From Caecitellus pseudoparvulus (taxonomy: Eukaryota > Protista > Bigyra: Bicosoecida), in NCBI GenBank assembly GCA_965644315.1, contig CBFFRQ010000013.1:496001-560000 (forward strand): a DNA stretch of 64,000 nt. Reading direction: 5' to 3'. Below are positions 60,764 through 64,000 of the stretch, piece after piece (the first letter of the stretch is position 1; each line of letters begins with the position of its first letter). Made by a program: the position numbers and the translations under genes. The notes below the pieces were generated by a model. That model worked only from the letters and a program-made list of their open reading frames with translations, did no database searches and was not told the DNA's origin.

Positions 60764-63066
60764 ATGTCCGCTGTTCAAGTGTCTGGCACGCCTGCCCACG
60801 CAGCAGGCATGTCTTCCAGCCCGCTGCAGGTGCTCGGTGCGTGGGGGCGCTGCCTCCTCAACGCTCCCGCCTGTGCCACACCCCCCTCCCTCCCCTGCAG
60901 ACTACAAGGCCAGGGGCGGGCAAGGTACCATTTTCAATGGCACTTGGCAGGGTACTCCTGTGGCGGTGAAGGCTCTTGGCCCTCCCTCTTGCCGCAGCGC
61001 CGTGGCTGAGCTGAAGGCTGTGAGTTCGCCCAGCAACCGCACAGGGGGAGTGGTGCTCCCTTTCGCTTTTTCGCTTGCACTTGCTGCCCATTTCCACCCC
61101 GCTGCAGTTCCGCCGCCTTGGCCAGCCGCATCCCTACATAGTCCGTTGGTTCAGGGCCCAGCAGGCGCAAGATGGACAATTCCTGCTTCCGCTGGAGCTT
61201 GCTGACGCCGACGCCCTGCAGGTCATGGAGGGCGCAGAGCAACGAGGCCTCGCACCTCAGCCGCTACTGCACACGTGGCTGGTGCAAGTGGCCTCTGCTC
61301 TCGACTACTGCCACAGCATCGGCCTGGCTCATCGGGACGTGAAGCCTGAGAATGTCCTCCTCGTGCCAGAGAGCGGCTCCCTCGCCCCGATCAGCTCTGG
61401 CAAGGCCTCCAGCCTGCTGCATTGGCAAGGCCACGTTGCGAAGCTTTGTGATTTTGGTTCTTCCACGCTCACTACGCCCTCTGCGCCGTCTGCGCCATGC
61501 TACGGCGCCGTAGGCTCCAGCATGTACGCAGCACCCGAGGTACTGCGCTTGCACATGGTGGGCACAGACCCGCAAAGCGCAGAGGCGCTGTGGCCAGGGT
61601 TCCAGGAAGCTCTCAGTGAAGAATCTCGTGCTGCCAAGGCTGAAAGCCGTGCAGCGGCTCCGCGGTATTGTGGCTTTCTTGCCGACGCTTGGTCCTTCGG
61701 TGTTATGGCCTTCGTGCTGGCAGCTGGGCGCCCTCCTTTCCGCACGGCCAGCCCGTCTGATGCATCCTTCCGGGCCTTTGTGCGCAGCACGCAGCCTGAT
61801 GCCGTAGAGCTGTCCGTGTGCGCGCCGGAGTTCCACGGGTGGAAGGCGCGGGATGCGGTCTGGCAGTGGCCAGCCGAGTTCTCCCCCGGTTTCATCGCCC
61901 TGCTCACAGCTTGCATGCAGGTTGTACCGCAGCAGCGCCCTCAACCCGGCACGCTAGGTGCCCATCCGTGGCTTCAAGACATCGCGTGGGTGCCATCCCA
62001 TGGCTTACAAAGCGGGGCCCGTGCGATGCCCAGTGGGTCCATGACGACAGCGTGCACCACTGCCGCAGCCCCTGGCACCCCCCCCACGCCGGCCCCCCCC
62101 ACCACGCCGGATGAACCTGGCTTGCGGTGCTTGGCGCTGGTTCGAAGGGAGGAGGATGGTGCCTCTGTGGCCTTTTCTTCCGCTTCCAAATCTTGGGCAC
62201 GCAGCGGCAGCCTTGGCTCCCTGGTGGGGGGTGGGGAGGACACCCTCGCGCCTGGTGCACCCACCGCCACCCGAGCAGCCAGCACAACTCATGTTGAGCA
62301 CTACTTGCACGCATCTGGGCTGTCAGGGGGTGGCATGGAGCCCCTGCACCGCCGGGGAACGCACTCAGCTGAAGTGTCGGGCTGGCGTGGCAGCGGATTC
62401 GCTTCTGGGCCGTTGCCCACGCCTGGCGAACCAGGCGTATCGACGTGGTCAGCACCAAGCCCTGTGGTGCATGGTGGTGGCTGGGTCGCGGGGAGGGGTG
62501 GCAGTGTAGGCTTTGATTCGGGCGGTTGGGCTGGCGATGGCGAGTCGGTGGGTTCCCACGCCTCCTCCTTTGCCCCTGCGCCGGCATCGCTACCTGGAGG
62601 CTCTGGTGGCTACGATGGGGGAGAGCGCACTGCTGAGGATGCCGCATCCCGTGCGATCAGCGCCAGCAGCGCCGCAAGCTCAACAAGGCGCCGCCGTGAC
62701 AAGCGGCACCGTCACGACGGGGAAGACGGGGCGGGCTTTGTGGAGGAGTACATTGGAGCGGACTGCGCCACGACGCTGCGCACAGCATCTGGTGGCTCTG
62801 CTCGGTCCTTGGCATCTGAGGATGGCTCCAAGCGCCGTGTCGTGGCGATATCCGCTCATGCTCCGCTCTTGGGCACCAACTGGCCTACCCCTCCACCCAC
62901 CAGTGCACAGTCCAAGCACACACATGATGTGGGCAGCATGATGCCACCTTCCATCACCTTGGAGAGTCACGTGGCAGCGCAGGCACGCCAAGCCTCCTCC
63001 TCGAAGCCACTCACCGCAGCCCAGACAGCTGCTGCGTGGCACGTGCAACAAGGTGGAGGCCACTGA
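60764..63066 (+). CDS. Ser/Thr protein kinase (CAMK-like catalytic loop) with a long disordered tail, 3 exons
   Basis: Exons 60764 (or 60809)-60836, 60901-61019 and 61108-63066 with GT-AG introns. Gly loop ARGGQGTIF, VAVK, helix-C Glu, HPYIV, HRDVKPENVLL, LCDFG, GSSMYAAPE, DAWSFGV, HPWL. Confidence 0.9.
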
Positions 63067-63139
63067 GGCCGCCACGCAAAATGCAGCAAGCCCTCGACGA
63101 GCTGGCCCTGAAGTGGTTGTGCGCTTGGCGGGTGTTGAC

Positions 63140-64000
63140 ATGCGGCGCAAACACGTGCGCTTGTCTGGCCCAGGCAAGCGCTCCGTTGCCTGTGGCACGC
63201 GTGTGCTGGCAGCAGTGGTGCTGGTGCTGGCGTGTGGCTGGCTATGGACGGTGTTCTCGCACCTCTCCATCACAAATGGTGCTGAGGACCAGGAACATAG
63301 GGGGGGTGGCATAATCAGCTTACAAGGCGCAAGAACGACGGGTGGCGGCGGGGGACAAGCACCAAATGGTAAGGCTTGCGGATTTGCGGTATTTGACGCA
63401 GCCTCCCCTTCAAGACCATGACGACCGCCGTGCTTCTGCCCAGGTGGTCTACAGCACACGGGCCCCGTCAGTATAGACTCAAGTGATGATGTGGTGGTGC
63501 AGCCCCACGTCCCAGGCCAAGCTCACAAAGTTCCTGCCACAACCCACGTCACAAAACTGCAGGATTTGCCGGCAGCTGAAGCCAGCAACATGGACTGGTT
63601 GGCGAAGGGCCGGTGGCTGGTGCAGCAGAATGCTGGCCTCCTTGCCGCTGCTCAGTCGCGGCCGCTCGAGAGTATTACGCTCGTGACCGTCCTCCTTGAC
63701 CTTGGGCGTGACAAGCTTGGAGGCGGCTTCAAGCGCACGTTCACGGAGTACATCAACCGCATGAAGGCGTTCGTCTCCTACGACCTGCCCAAGGTGATGT
63801 TCCTGGATGCAAATTACATGGATGACTTCAAGCCGCTTTTGGACACGTCCCCCTCCCCCGTGCACGTCATCCCCATCACCAAGGAGGAGGTGAAGGCCGC
63901 CTTTAAAGGCTGGGATGCCCTGCAAGCCATCCGCACGAACCCTGACTGGGCCAACCGACAGGCCTGGCTGGCGCAGTCCCCCCAGGCCACCATGGAATAC
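63140..64000 (+). CDS. HtrL/YibB-like putative glycosyltransferase, type II membrane topology; runs off the window
   Basis: Exon 63140-63368 (basic N-terminus plus TM helix VLAAVVLVLACGWLWTVF), 75 nt intron 63369-63443, then open to 64000: ITLVTVLLDLGR......KRTF.EY..., IRTNPDW....WL..SPQATMEY. Confidence 0.65.

Noticed and set aside
1-64000. CRISPR arrays, transposons, endogenous virophage or viral inserts, tRNA/rRNA, selenocysteine or stop-codon reassignment
   Set aside because: I saw no spaced direct repeats, terminal repeats, transposase, integrase or capsid motifs, and no extended AT-rich island. All genes close with standard stops. Small ncRNAs cannot be excluded without Infernal or tRNAscan.

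Overview
Gene-dense, GC-rich eukaryotic DNA. It has short GT-AG spliceosomal introns of about 62-104 nt and very small intergenic gaps; an unidentified protist is likely, and a stramenopile flagellate is plausible but cannot be established from sequence alone. About 15 protein-coding genes, in order: a GULO/ALO-type FAD aldonolactone oxidase (-), a 3.5 kaa BEACH protein with a FYVE finger inserted in its PH domain (-), a spliced ~76 aa microprotein (+), TMCO1 (-), PIG-V (-), a kinesin (-), SENP8/NEDP1-type deneddylase (+), a secreted PA-domain protein (+), an Ariadne RBR E3 with a degenerate RING1 (-), a conserved Trp-rich protein of unknown function (+), a WD40 + UBR-box + PHD (UBR7-like) protein (-), a 6.3 kaa SPRY/UBA/MIB-HERC2/HECT E3 (-), an oversized Nup160-like nucleoporin (+), an ankyrin-repeat protein (-), a Ser/Thr kinase (+), and the 5' part of an HtrL/YibB-like type II membrane protein (+). 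I saw no rRNA, tRNA, CRISPR array or mobile element. I cannot demonstrate a wholly new system. The best leads are the local concentration of ubiquitin/NEDD8 genes (19.1-48.2 kb), several unusual domain architectures, and genes or exons the ORF track misses. Family calls rest on motif recognition from memory, with no database search.
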